Shown here in pieces: positions 13,836 through 25,418 of a DNA stretch of 64,000 nucleotides. The notes under the pieces were generated by a model that was not told the origin of the DNA, did no database searches, and saw nothing but the letters and a program-made list of their open reading frames with translations. Numbering within the stretch: the stretch's first letter is position 1; every line of letters begins with the position of its first letter. The stretch is taken from contig NC_068981.1 in the NCBI RefSeq assembly GCF_001194135.2, forward strand, positions 38,545,871 through 38,609,870, written 5' to 3'. The translations under genes and the position numbers were made by a program. Origin of the DNA: Octopus bimaculoides (lineage: Eukaryota).

Positions 13836-14619
13836 CTTAAAACCTTGTGTGGGGGAAATGTGGAAATGTTCCTAAATGAAACTGTTACACATCATACAAA
13901 ACTCGACCAAATCAGAAGAAAAAAAGTTCCACTTTAATATTTTCTCATAAATCAATGAATTAGGAGCATTTGAAAAAATGTTATTTTTACCTTGGAAGAA
14001 TTTCCAAATTTCTTTTTATTTTTAGCTGAAGTGTAATAGTTCAAAGTAGCTTATTGAAGCAAAGTAAATATGCTAGTTTGAAAAACTAATGCTCATGGTA
14101 AAAAGCCTTTAATAAAGTCTTCTAGTTTAGGAAATTTCCTTTTAAATACTTGTAAGGTATCATTTTATGAAAAACTATATAATTTAAATGCTATAAAAAT
14201 GTTTCTTAGATGCAAAAATTCTGAATTCAAAATATTCCATTACGCTTCAATAGGAAGTTGTTTGAGTGTGTATAGAAAGTTTATCATGATTACATCATAG
14301 TTAAATTTATGAAGATAAGAGAATTCAATTTTCCAGAAAAGTTTTGGCATTTTAGAACTAATAAATATTATCTCATTAGAGCTTAGCTCGAAGGAAATTC
14401 GTTTCAGCCATTAAATACGTCCCTAGCGTAATTATTGCTGAAGCACAATGACTATCCACAATAATTACGCTAACTAATCATTGTAAATATCCATATAACC
14501 CATTTCTTGAATAAGCATACATCAGTGAATAGTTGACTTGGATATTTGCTATTTAGTATGAGCTGATTCTAATTCCAAAGTGAACCGATTGGGTGAAACA
14601 GTAACCTATCTGTTATATT

Positions 14620-15420
14620 GTCACTCAACTGCTTTCCAATAATGGTTCTTGTTAATGGCATCGGTGTTGTAGAGTATTACATATATATGTATATATATCC
14701 CACCAATGGTTCCCCCTTTCATAATATTCACCTATCTCACCCCTCCTCTCCTCTCTCCAGCTCACCACTTCTACTTCTCCCTCCAATCCTGCAGAAGGCT
14801 CTCATACTTGGCATGCTTCAATTGAAAGACTTGAACTTATCCTTCTTGCCAAAGGAGTGTAAGCTTGATGAAGTTTATTTCCCTTGTCTTTTCAGACCAT
14901 AAAACTACATCTGGCCTCAGGGTTGTATGGACAAACTGGGGAAGTGTAGTCTTTCCTCCGGATCCACTTTCACATACCATGATTGCACCCCATGCAGTAG
15001 ACTATTTGTCCTTCTTTCTGTCTTTACTAGCTTTCTCTCCTCCTTTTACCAACTTGATTGCTGCTGTTGTTTTCAACTGCTGATGGCGTTTCTTGAGCCT
15101 TTCCTGCTCCAACGTGTGAGTGAGTGTTTCAAGCAACTTGTCATGGTGACACTTGTATCTCCTTTGAATAAGTGCTATTTTGCACCCTGATAAGATGCGT
15201 GTCAAGGTTCCCCTTTCTTCACAAAGTCTACACAGCTGGTTCCCTTCAAACCCCACTTGTGCTGTTCAGTTGGCATTAGGTGTATGTCATACACTTACCT
15301 GTAGCAGGAAGGAAATAATGGGAAGGTTCCTGTCTCAGGTTTGTCCATAACCTTCCTCTTGGAGAGGTTGTATTTAGACTAGGCATCCTGAGATACCAGC
15401 TCCACACCCCTTGACCTTTT
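14620..15420 (-). mobile_element. HERO-like RLE non-LTR retrotransposon 3' part (CCHC knuckle + restriction-like endonuclease)
   Basis: ORF 15002-15256 CRLCEERGTLTRILSGC...HHDKLL, then TTLRPDVVLWSEKTREINFIKLTLLWQEG..KHAKYESL (PD-(D/E)xK RLE signature, degraded). Confidence 0.9.
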
Positions 15421-17628
15421 TCTTTCTTCCTCCTGGATACATACTTCTGCTTGGATCATGGACCTCCTCTACACATACACACACACACACACATGTGTAT
15501 ATATATTTATATATATATACACATACATATTTCCTATTTGTATAGCTTTCCTTTCTCTTGAGAATACATACCTATGTTTCAATAAAGCTGAATATTATTT
15601 ATCTTTTTTATAAAACAATAGACAATGTATGTGTATTGAATAAAATTTAATACAATTTATGATTTGCACTAAAGTTTTACCCATCGTACAACAGGTAACT
15701 TTGAAAGTATCCTCTTGGCACTATGAGTAATATCGGGAAATATAAAATACAGGCAAAAATTATAATTTAACTGTTATTAAATTTTTTAGCGGTTATGAGA
15801 TTAATACCAGTCTTTGAAAGAAAAATGTTTATTACTTTAAAATAAAATTAAATAATGTGTTCTAAGAAAGTTTTCCTTCTTCCTCCCTCTTTTCCCTCTC
15901 CACACACAGACACATCACAAACACACATACACACAAATGCATGCACATACATATTCTAGCTTGTCTTTCTCTTCTGTCTATGTTTCTTTCTTGCTCACTG
16001 TGTGAAATGTTCATTTATTCATTGTCAGCCACCAAGCCTAGCATTTGTGCTCATCCTGTACCCTTTATGTTAACCCCCTTTCGCTCTCCCTTCTCCTCTC
16101 TCTATAGTGTATAGCATAACTGGAGAAATCCACTAGCTAATCAACAAGTCAGCCAACCAACCAATATTCATATCAAGTGTTAACAACCACATTGATATAT
16201 CCTTATTGCAGTTGTGTGGACAACACTATTCCAAAAGCAATGAAAACAATTGATTTTTAAACTTTGTAATCGTCATATTTTAGAATATCAAGGATTATTT
16301 CGTCCAGTCTGTCCATATAATGTGAAAGCTGGGTCATTTGAGAGAAGTTTAGCTCTTATTTTTCATAGGTCAAGCAATTACACTGAATAGCTTTCCCTTG
16401 ATTTTAGCCCCAATATGTTATAAGCTCAGTATTGTTTGGCATGCATCCATGTTGAAGATGCAAAAAAAAAAAGAAAGAAAATGAGTCTACATACTTCTGG
16501 AAGATTAGTATTGGGCAGGCGTGGGTATTCCAAAAGTCAGGATTTGAATTGTGATTAGAAAAATCGGAATTTTGCAAAAAATCTTTTTCTTGAAATCTCA
16601 AAATCATAATATAGTGAAGCATGAAACTCACCAAAATATTTCCAAGGAAAGTTAAAAACAAAAAAATTCTGTAAGTTTTATTTTTTATTTATTAATTTAT
16701 TTTTATTTTATAATTGTAATCTCCATTCCTGAAAAGAGGAATCCAACAGAATCATGGGAGTCGATGGATCACTGTGATACTTTGAAAAACAAAAATAATA
16801 CTTAAAAAGAAGGATGGGACGGTCATGGTCAGAAATCCTTAGTTTTGTTGAAATTTCATATACAGGAATCATATTTTTAGTGCCTATAAATTGAACTGGG
16901 AAGTATTTGAAAAATTCTTTTTTTGGACTGTAAAGTGTAAGAAGCTCTAATTATTTAACCTTACAACACTTCCCAGCCCCTAAAAGAACATAAATGTTAA
17001 AAAAGAACTTTAGTCATGTGAAAGAAAGTTAAATCGAAACGCACAAACATTTATCACATGATGACAGCAACAGCACTCAAGCTGCTCCATTCAGATTAGT
17101 GGGAAAGATTTCCGTGTAATTTTCCGTAAATATAAATGGATTATTAATTGGAAAGTACTGGAAAAAGCTTCACAAAGAATATGAAGGAATTTGATAAACT
17201 TGACTGAAAATATTAATTCAGCATATAACAAAAAGATTAAAAGATGGCGACGTGAATCCCGTGAAAGATATTTAATGTTTTACTGAATGGTTTTAATATA
17301 CATTTTATAATAATCACAATACTTAGAAATTTATTCTTCATGACACAAACACATTTCTTTGTTGATTTTCCTTCTTTCTGTCTATTTACTTTTATCTAAG
17401 CAGTATTATAAAACTATATAACTCTCTTTTCTAATTAAGTTTATCTAAGCAGTATATAGAAAAGTGTGCATCTCACCAGAAGATTTACTTGTTTACACAG
17501 CTATGATATAAAACATGTAACGTAGCTTGCTACTGTTGACCCTCTATACTTACTTCTGTCAGACATTCAATTATACACAAAGTCTGTGGTACAATATGGA
17601 AAGATTTCTGAATACCGATGAACTTTTT

Positions 17629-17629
<1 letters not shown>

Positions 17630-17672
<43 letters not shown>
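17630..17672. repeat. (TA)n microsatellite
   Basis: Direct reading; similar runs near 18040, 30023, 31968, 34140, 49681, 52911. Confidence 0.95.
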
Positions 17673-17674
<2 letters not shown>

Positions 17675-18038
17675 GTATCATCAAAAATCATGACAGTTTT
17701 ATCAATGATGGAAATGGCATATCAAAACAATAAGAGAAACAATATGTTAACATATCAACAATCAACTAAAAACCTAAATACATGTGGAGACAAAGAATTG
17801 AAGCACTTGAACAATCAGATACATCTTTAACGTCTTGGTGGAAAATATTATTGCTATTCCTGTCACCAAGCCTCATCTGTTTAAAGTAGGATAATATTTC
17901 ACCATGGCTATCCATGTTTCCATGGAAGATTGAAAAGAAAAAACACTGCTTGCAAGAGAGTAACACTCACTTACAAATATAGGATGGTATCAAGGCTAGG
18001 GGATAGTAAAACTACCACACACAAACACATATACAAGC

Positions 18039-18079
<41 letters not shown>

Positions 18080-18083
18080 TATA

Positions 18084-19541
18084 CATAGACATGACAGAAG
18101 TAAATAGACACCCTTATAACCATTAAAATTTCTTTAAATCTGAAATTATGCAATTAAATTATTTATTAATCGTTATAATCTGAATATTTAATATTTAGTG
18201 AACATGCCCTTTGCGTTTTTCAATGCAAGGACCCTATTAGACATGTTATTTCTTACCAAGTTTCATGTAGTAATCTCAAAAGATCTGGCTTTGCAGATGC
18301 TTTCTTCTTTTTATGAGGTGTCCTGTCTATTATGTCCCAGAAGTGTTCAATAGGGTTCATATCTGGTGACTGGCTTGGCCATGGAAGCTTTTTAATGCTA
18401 TTCTCATCCAACAAATCTTAGGTCATTTTAGCTGTGTGACAGGCAGCCCCATCTTTCATAGATAAAGAGTCTTCTTTAATCACTTCATCACTGGAGAAGA
18501 TTGAAAGGAGTCCTTTCTGCAATATGGACACATATTTATCTGAGTTTATGTTTCCCCTCACACTTCGCCAGCTCCGATCAACCATTGCTCCAAATTGCTC
18601 CCCAGACCATCACAGAATATCTCCCATGTTTCATTGTTGGCTGCAATCCTTTCACATCAAATTCTTGATCACAGAGTCTCCAGACCCCACCTCGACCACT
18701 GTCAAAAAATACAGCAAATCTGGACTCATCAGAGAATATGACAGTGTCTCAAAATACTAGTGGCCTCTCCACCACTTCACTGGTCCAATCTTTTCTCTGC
18801 TTGATGTTGGCTGGTCGAAGAAGTGGCATTCGTCTTGCTGCTCTGCCATAATAACCAAGTTTGTGGAGATACCTGACAGCTGTTCTGGGACTAGCATCAA
18901 CTTGTTCTGCTATGACAGAGCCCTTACAATGAGGATTATCCTCCACATTTCTCTTAGCAAAGAGAAGGGTGCTGTCAGAGGGATCGGGTGGATCTGGTCG
19001 AGGTAATGTGGACTCCTTCCTCTCTCTGATGAATTACACAAGCACTCTATTAACCGAAGAAATTGGGATCCCAAGGTTTCTGTGGTTTTACACTGACTAT
19101 GTCCACTTTCAGAATGACCAAGAATACAGCATTTTTGAAATTCAGATAGTTCCAAGGCTACTTTTATCCATGGCCTGATTAAACAGTCATCTATATAACC
19201 TGAAACAAAAATGCAAATTAATAAAAAATATAAGACTTTTCAAGTTAAAATAAACATAAAACGATATTTTATAGGGTGTCTATATACTTCTTATTTCTTT
19301 ACTGCCCACAGGGGGCTAAACATAGAGGGGATAAACAAGGACAGACAAAGAGAGTAAGTCGATTATATCGACCCCAGTGCGTAACTGGTACTTATTTAAT
19401 CGACCCTGAAAGGATGAAAGGCAAAGTCGTTCTTGGCAGAATTTGAACTCAGAACGTAGCAGCAGATGAAATACTGCTAACCATTTTTCCCGGCTCGTTT
19501 CTGCCAGCTCGCCGTGTCTATATACTTCTGTCATATATATG
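18084..19541 (-). mobile_element. Degenerate Tc1 (DD34E) transposon, right TIR interrupted by a SINE
   Basis: TA-flanked TIRs catagacatgacagaagtaaatagacaccc / gggtgtctatatacttct[SINE]gtcatatatatg; minus frames VIFSDESRF, SVMVWGAI, FMKDGAACH, WPSQSPDMNPIEHFW. Confidence 0.92.
19292..19513 (-). mobile_element. tRNA-derived SINE family A with 16-bp TSD
   Basis: Head ggcgagctggcagaa, B-box-like gagttcaaattc, core gcctttcatcctttc...ggtcgattaaataagtaccagt; TSD gtgtctatatacttct at 19276-19291 and 19514-19529. Confidence 0.92.
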
Positions 19542-19584
19542 TACATACATATACACATATATGCACATATAAACATATGTGTGT

Positions 19585-19875
19585 GAAGGTGCATGGCTTA
19601 GTGGCTAAGGTGTTGCACTCACGATTGTGAGATCATGGGTTCAATTCCCAGACCATGGCATTGTGTTCTTGAGCAAATCACTTCATTTCACATTGCTCTG
19701 CAATTATTTTGACATCTGACATGTAGCGCCTGTACAGGTAATGTCAATCTGATGGAGGAAGTGAGCTTACGTCTACACAAACATTTGATCACTATAAACA
19801 AATCATCTGTGAGGTTGTCCGGTAAGAATTTGTTGAACCCTCATATGTCATCTAACAATGGGACAGTCATGGTAT
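19585..19875 (+). mobile_element. tRNA-derived SINE (third family)
   Basis: A-box-like tggcttagtgg and B-box-like ggttcaattcc followed by non-tRNA body. Confidence 0.7.
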
Positions 19876-20679
19876 ATGGATTCAAGTAATCCATCAGTAC
19901 TCATAAAAGAGGCTCTTTAATTTATCATTCTACAAAACATATAGAAGGTATAGTATGATACAAGAGAAAACGATAATGTGTGTAGCACAAAGTTATAAAT
20001 GAATGACAGAGAAATAGTATGTTGAAAATCTATTTAACAATAAGAAAATTCAAATACCATGTCAAATTGTTTTGTGACATAAAGCATGTAAAGATAATTT
20101 ATATTATTATATTTAATAATAAATAAATTACTTACATGTCCGCATTAATGCAAAATGCTAAAAATCTTTTAAAACAATGCAGAAATTTGATCTATCCTAA
20201 TCTACTATAATAAATTACATTACTCTTATCCTACATTAAAACCTATTCTTTATTTACTGATAAATTTGAACCTTTAATCTTTAATTTAATATTGTTCGTA
20301 TTTTTCTTACTGATATCTAACTCTAACTCTATATTTCATAAACTCTATCTCTATGAAGGATGAATATGTGATTTTCCTCTTCTTATACCAAAATAATTAT
20401 CTTAATAAATCTCCCTTCTCATCTTAGAAAACTGTCTCAGCTTACTGCCTTTGACAAACTTATTACCATGAAGCAGTATCAGAAAAATAAATAACTGAAG
20501 CTTGACTTGGTGGACTTTCAGAGTTAAAGTGTTTTTTTTTATAACAAATTTGCATATTAAAACATTGAATTAAATTCTATGGATTTTTTAACCTCTTTCT
20601 TAATCCTGATTTTTAATTTCTCATCTATTTTGAGGTATGTAAAATTATTTTAATTAATATGGGCTGCAAAAAGCATTTT

Positions 20680-21340
20680 CATCATCATCACCATTTAACA
20701 TCCATTTTTCCATGCTGACATGAGTTGGATGGTTTGACATGAGCCAATGAGCTAGAAGTCTGTCCCAAGCACCAATTTCAGCTTTGACATGGTTTCTATG
20801 GCCAGATGCCCTTTCCAATGCTTACTACTTCACAGAGTGTAAGAGATGCCTTTTACATAGTACAAGCACGAGGGGGGTCACTAAGCAACTTGCAAGATAA
20901 GTCCCCCTGAACTAAGGGTATTTAATGATGAGGAAGGTGACTCTGTGCCATATGATAAGAGGTTAAAGTATGACGGAAGATAGGATCCAGTGTCTTGCAG
21001 TAGAGGAGATGCAAAGTTACTCTAGTTAGAAAAGGAAATGATGGGGAAGAAATGTTAAGACGTACCCTAAAGCTATAGGAAGGTGAACATGAGAGAACAA
21101 CTTCTAGAAAACTAGGCAAGGTGAATGGATAGGTAAGACTGAGAGTGTGAAAGGAGGATGGTGGGGGGATAGATATGAGGACCAAGATGAAGGCAGGAAG
21201 TAGGGTGAAGGAAATGGGATTGAGCTGATAGGTGGCAGCACATGATGTGGAGTGTGGGCAGTGTGCTAGAAATGCATAATGCCTGGGAGCTCATAGGACA
21301 CATATAAGCAGTAACAACTGCCTTTGATAGAATGAGTAGG
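20680..21340 (-). mobile_element. RTE LINE 3' UTR fragment with (GAT)n tail
   Basis: catcatcatc...tttaacatcc...ccatgc tail shared with 24211, 37215, 41300, 61750 copies. Confidence 0.7.
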
Positions 21341-21756
21341 AATACAGAAGAAGAGTGGAGGTGAAAGGCACATTCAGCAGAAAATACAGTAAATTATTTT
21401 GGTGCGGTCATCTGTTGTTTTCCTTTAATCTAATCACTGATGTAACTCTTAACTAAACATTTTTTTTTATTCAAAACTTCTATTAAGCAATGCTAAAAGC
21501 CTGATGTTCCTGCTTAAAAAAACTTCCTGAGTTGAAATATTGCTCTATTTCAATTTTCACCCTATGCTTCTTACTGCTCATGATTAAACAGATTATAACA
21601 CCTACAATATGTTATTTTGAGCTTCCTAGTATCTGCTTTTGATTAAAAAAATAATTTAATTTTATATCAATGAGTTACTTCTTGCATTTTTCCACTTAAT
21701 ACTTAAGAAATGCTATGGACTGAAAAGAACCCACTGAAATATGTTATAAAAAGGTT

Positions 21757-21871
21757 ACTCTTTTACTCGTTTCAGTCATTTGACTGCGGCCATGCTGGAG
21801 CACCACCTTTAGTCGAGCAAATCGACCCCAGGACTTATTCTTTGGATGCCTAGTACTTATTCTATCAGTCT
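21757..21871 (-). mobile_element. SINE family B 3' fragment
   Basis: ctcttttactcgtttcagtcatttgactgcggccatgctggagcacc...gacttattc. Confidence 0.85.
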
Positions 21872-23306
21872 AAACTTTTTATAGTTATAATAAATTTTAG
21901 TTTCATTTAAAACTTGAGATAAATGTATACATGTAAGTAACATTCCAATGACAAGATTATTAAAAGAATTAATATTTCAGCATGTGAAGCTAACTAATAA
22001 ATAATTTGTCATTATGGACATTGACAAACTGAAAGCTTTAAGTCAAGGACAACACCAGCAAAAGTAAAAGCTAATAAATTACTGATGAAAAATCTCCAAA
22101 AAAAGTGGAAATATTTTTCTTAACTGGAAATAACCTGTTACACTCCAAAATCACACATTTTATTTGTATTCTACTGAAATTGAAAGTGTTTACTATTATT
22201 TATAAGACTGGGTCTTCTAATTTGATTGTTAACAGCAGTATCTTCATAGGCTCAACAGATTGTTTTCTGGAATGAATATGGAGAAGACATTGTAACAGTG
22301 CTGGATTAAGACCCATGGAAGCCCAAGCACTTAAAAGGTTTTGGTGCCCTCAAGTATATGTAAATGATTCAAAATGTAAACAAAAATAATTCAATATGTA
22401 AATGATAATAAACCATAAAATAAATTTTTATTTTTCAAAATGAAACAAAATTCACTGTAAGATGAGAAATAATGTTAATTTTTGTATGCTTTCATTTTAT
22501 TTATACTTAAAAAGTTTTTTTCCTTCGTTTTTTTTTTTAATTGCAAAGTGTTTGATGATATCGTTAAAATTAGTTTTACATAAAACTTCTGCTTCTATAC
22601 TTAGTAGAGATAAGGCTTTAAGAAAATTAATCTAGCAAGTTTAAAGTAATTTCTTTCATTCCGTAAACCATTTTCATTTCTGTGGTGTCCCTGTCCCTTG
22701 ATGCCTTAAGCATGTGCTTATTTTGCTTAATGGGTTTATCCAGCACTGCATTGCAAGATATATAGGTGTTAACCATAATGAAATAAATGACTTTTCCTGT
22801 TACTAAAGGTAGACAAGGAGCAAGATTTTGCATATAAAATGCTTCTGAATTTACGTATTTCATGTTGCTTGACAAAATAATAAATAAATAAATAAATAAA
22901 TAGAAAATAAATAAATAAATAAATAATAAAAATTCTTGGTTTCAATTAATGTTAGTTTTTCCAATATCACCAAATGAATGCTTTTCATATTATAGGATGT
23001 TGAGAAAACGTCTATGATGAAACCTTGAGGAAATTTTAGTAATTATATTTCCTTGCATTTATGCACCTATGTCTCATTTGCCCAAGTTATTCGCAATAGA
23101 GTAATGTTCTAATCAAAAGTGAAGACTGTTCGAAATACAATCACTTTTCCTTCTTTCATTATCTGAAATTACAACTTGTAAACACATTTCAGGTATTTTT
23201 GAATTCTTAGCTAAAGTCATTTGTGATTTAATTACTTACATCTTATTACATAAATTTGACTTTGTGAAAAATCAGTTCTTAAATACAATTATCACATTAT
23301 GAAAAT

Positions 23307-23650
23307 AGGCACAGTAGTGGCTGTGTGGTAAGAAGCTTGCTTACTATCCCCATGTTAGACTCGGGCCAACCAAAGCCTTGTAAGTGGATTTGGTAGATAG
23401 AAACTGAAAGAAGCCTGTTGTATATATATATATGTGTGTGTGTGTGTCTGTGTAAATATATTTGTATGTGTGTCTGTGTTTGTCACCCCAACATCGCTTG
23501 ACAACCAGTGTTAGTGGTTTGACAAAAGTGACCAATAGAATAAGTGCCAGGCTTACAAAGAATAAGTCCTGGGGTCGATTTATTTGACTAAAGGCATTGC
23601 TCTAGCATGGCCACAGTCAAATGACTGAAACAAGTAAAAGAATAATAGAA
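23307..23650 (+). mobile_element. Full SINE family B
   Basis: Head gtggctgtgtggtaagaagcttgctt, ggatttggtaga-agaaactgaaagaagcc, internal TA/TG run, conserved tail. Confidence 0.9.
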
Positions 23651-23659
23651 CCACACTGA

Positions 23660-23750
23660 CACTACTGATGATGATGGTGATAGTGGTGGTGGTGATGACA
23701 ATGATGATGATGACGAAGATGATGATGACAATGACGACGATGATGATGGA
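23660..23750. repeat. (GAT)n/(GGT)n trinucleotide low-complexity run
   Basis: Direct reading. Confidence 0.85.
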
Positions 23751-24009
23751 ATTGGATGTGAAACGGTGATTATTAGATTATTGACCAGAGTTTATGGAAG
23801 ATCTGTTTATATAGATGTTCAATCTTTAATGGAAGGATGTATTAACCTGCTGAATTGTTCAATAAGCCTATGAAGAATATATTGTATGACAAGCCAATAA
23901 AAGAGCCTCTATACAGTCCCTTAACTTGCCGGAAATTGTAGCCAAATTGCTCTCAAATCTCACTTTACCTTAAGAAGGAAAAGACACACATTAGATAATT
24001 AGTTATAGA

Positions 24010-24998
24010 TAGCCTGTGGCCATACTGGATCACCGCTTTAGTTGAACAAATCAACCACAGGTCTTATTCTTCGTAAGCCCAGTACTTATTCTATCAGTCT
24101 CTTTTGCCGAACCCCTAAGTTACAGGGACATAAACCCACCAACAACGGTTGTCAAGCAATGGTGGTGGGGACAAAGACAGACACACGAATACGTACATAC
24201 ACATGTATACCATCATCATCATCATCGTTTAACATCCAATCTGATTTGGCAATGTTTCTATAGCTGGATGCCTTTCCTAACGCCAACCACTCCAAGAGCA
24301 TAGTGGGTGCTTTTTACATGCTGCCAGCACAGGAGTCAGTCAGGGGGTACTGGTATCGACCATGTTTGGATGGTGCTTTTTACATGCTGCCAGCACAGGA
24401 GCCAGTCAGGGGGCACCACCATTGACCATATTTGGATAGTGCTTCTTATTAACCAGTCCAAGTGCACTGATGTCAACCACGTTCAGATGGTGATTTTTAC
24501 ATACTACCAGCACAGGCTCCAGTCAAGGGGAACTAGCATCGACCACATTCACATGGTGCTTTGTATGTGTCACTGGCACGGGGAGTCAGTCAGGCAGCAC
24601 TAGCATCGACCCATGCTCAAATGGTGCTTATTACATGCTACCAGCATGGGTGTCAGTCAGGCGGCACTGACCACGACTATGATCTTGTTTTCACTTGACT
24701 CAACAGGTCTTCTTAATCACATTGTATCACCCAATGCTTCAAGGGTACGTTTAAATGGGCCAGTCATACAACACTGGCATCGGTCATGGCTGCGATCTCA
24801 CTTTACTTGCCAGGCCTTCTCAATTACAGCATACCTCCAAAGGTCTCAGTCAGGCTTCTTTCAGTTTCTGTCTACCAAATCCTCTCACAAGGCTTAGGTC
24901 AGCTCATAGCTATAGTAGAAAACACTTGCCCAGTGGGACTGAACCCAAAACCATGGGATTGGGAAGCAAGCTTCTTACCACACAGCCACTCCTCTGCT
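24010..24998 (-). mobile_element. SINE family B interrupted by RTE 3' fragment
   Basis: Head at 24853-24998, tail at 24010-24210. Confidence 0.8.
24211..24850 (-). mobile_element. 5'-truncated RTE 3' end containing an array of about 66-bp tandem units
   Basis: (CAT)n start; units start ggtgc at 24306, 24372, 24438, 24489, 24555, 24623; 5' end reads DLWRYAVIEKA (RTE ORF2 C-terminus). Confidence 0.75.
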
Positions 24999-25296
24999 TA
25001 TAAAATTAATAACAACAGAAGCAGTATTAATACCAAAAGGTATTTCTCCCCACTTAGAAGTGGATGTTGTGTTAGAACACAAAATACTGCATAATTTACC
25101 ATGAAAGAACTTCTCATATGGACTTGTGGTGCATATAAGCACTTGTGTTTATATTGCTAGTGGAAAATAATTCTCTGCTACTGCACAAGTCCATTTGACA
25201 ACCAGCAGTAGGCGGTTAGATCTGTTATTCATTAGAAGAAAGGGAGTTGAAAGTAAAAATGTATATGTTTAAAAATTCATGTGTTCATACTTTCAG

Positions 25297-25418
25297 ATGG
25301 GTGGGAAGTAAAGATCACATCAAAAACTGCCACCATGCCACCGTTTCATTTCTACATACTTTCCCCTCCTCTGACTGATTTAGTTTCACTGACCAGACAG
25401 GAATCCCGAACCAGCAAG
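25297..25418 (+). CDS. Putative internal exon of unidentified host gene (phase 1 to 0): GWEVKITSKTATMPPFHFYILSPPLTDLVSLTRQESRTSK
   Basis: Acceptor catactttcAG, donor AAG|GTatct, only one frame open across 122 nt, non-repetitive sequence. Confidence 0.55.

Noticed and set aside
19585-19660. tRNA-like heads here and in other SINEs
   Set aside because: Only A/B-box-like motifs followed by SINE bodies; no complete cloverleaf.
23005-23045. tgatgaaaccttgaggaaa hammerhead-like fragment
   Set aside because: Core boxes incomplete and no supporting stems.
24306-24680. CRISPR-like periodic array (also 63019-63081)
   Set aside because: Whole units repeat with no unique spacers; eukaryotic context, no cas genes.
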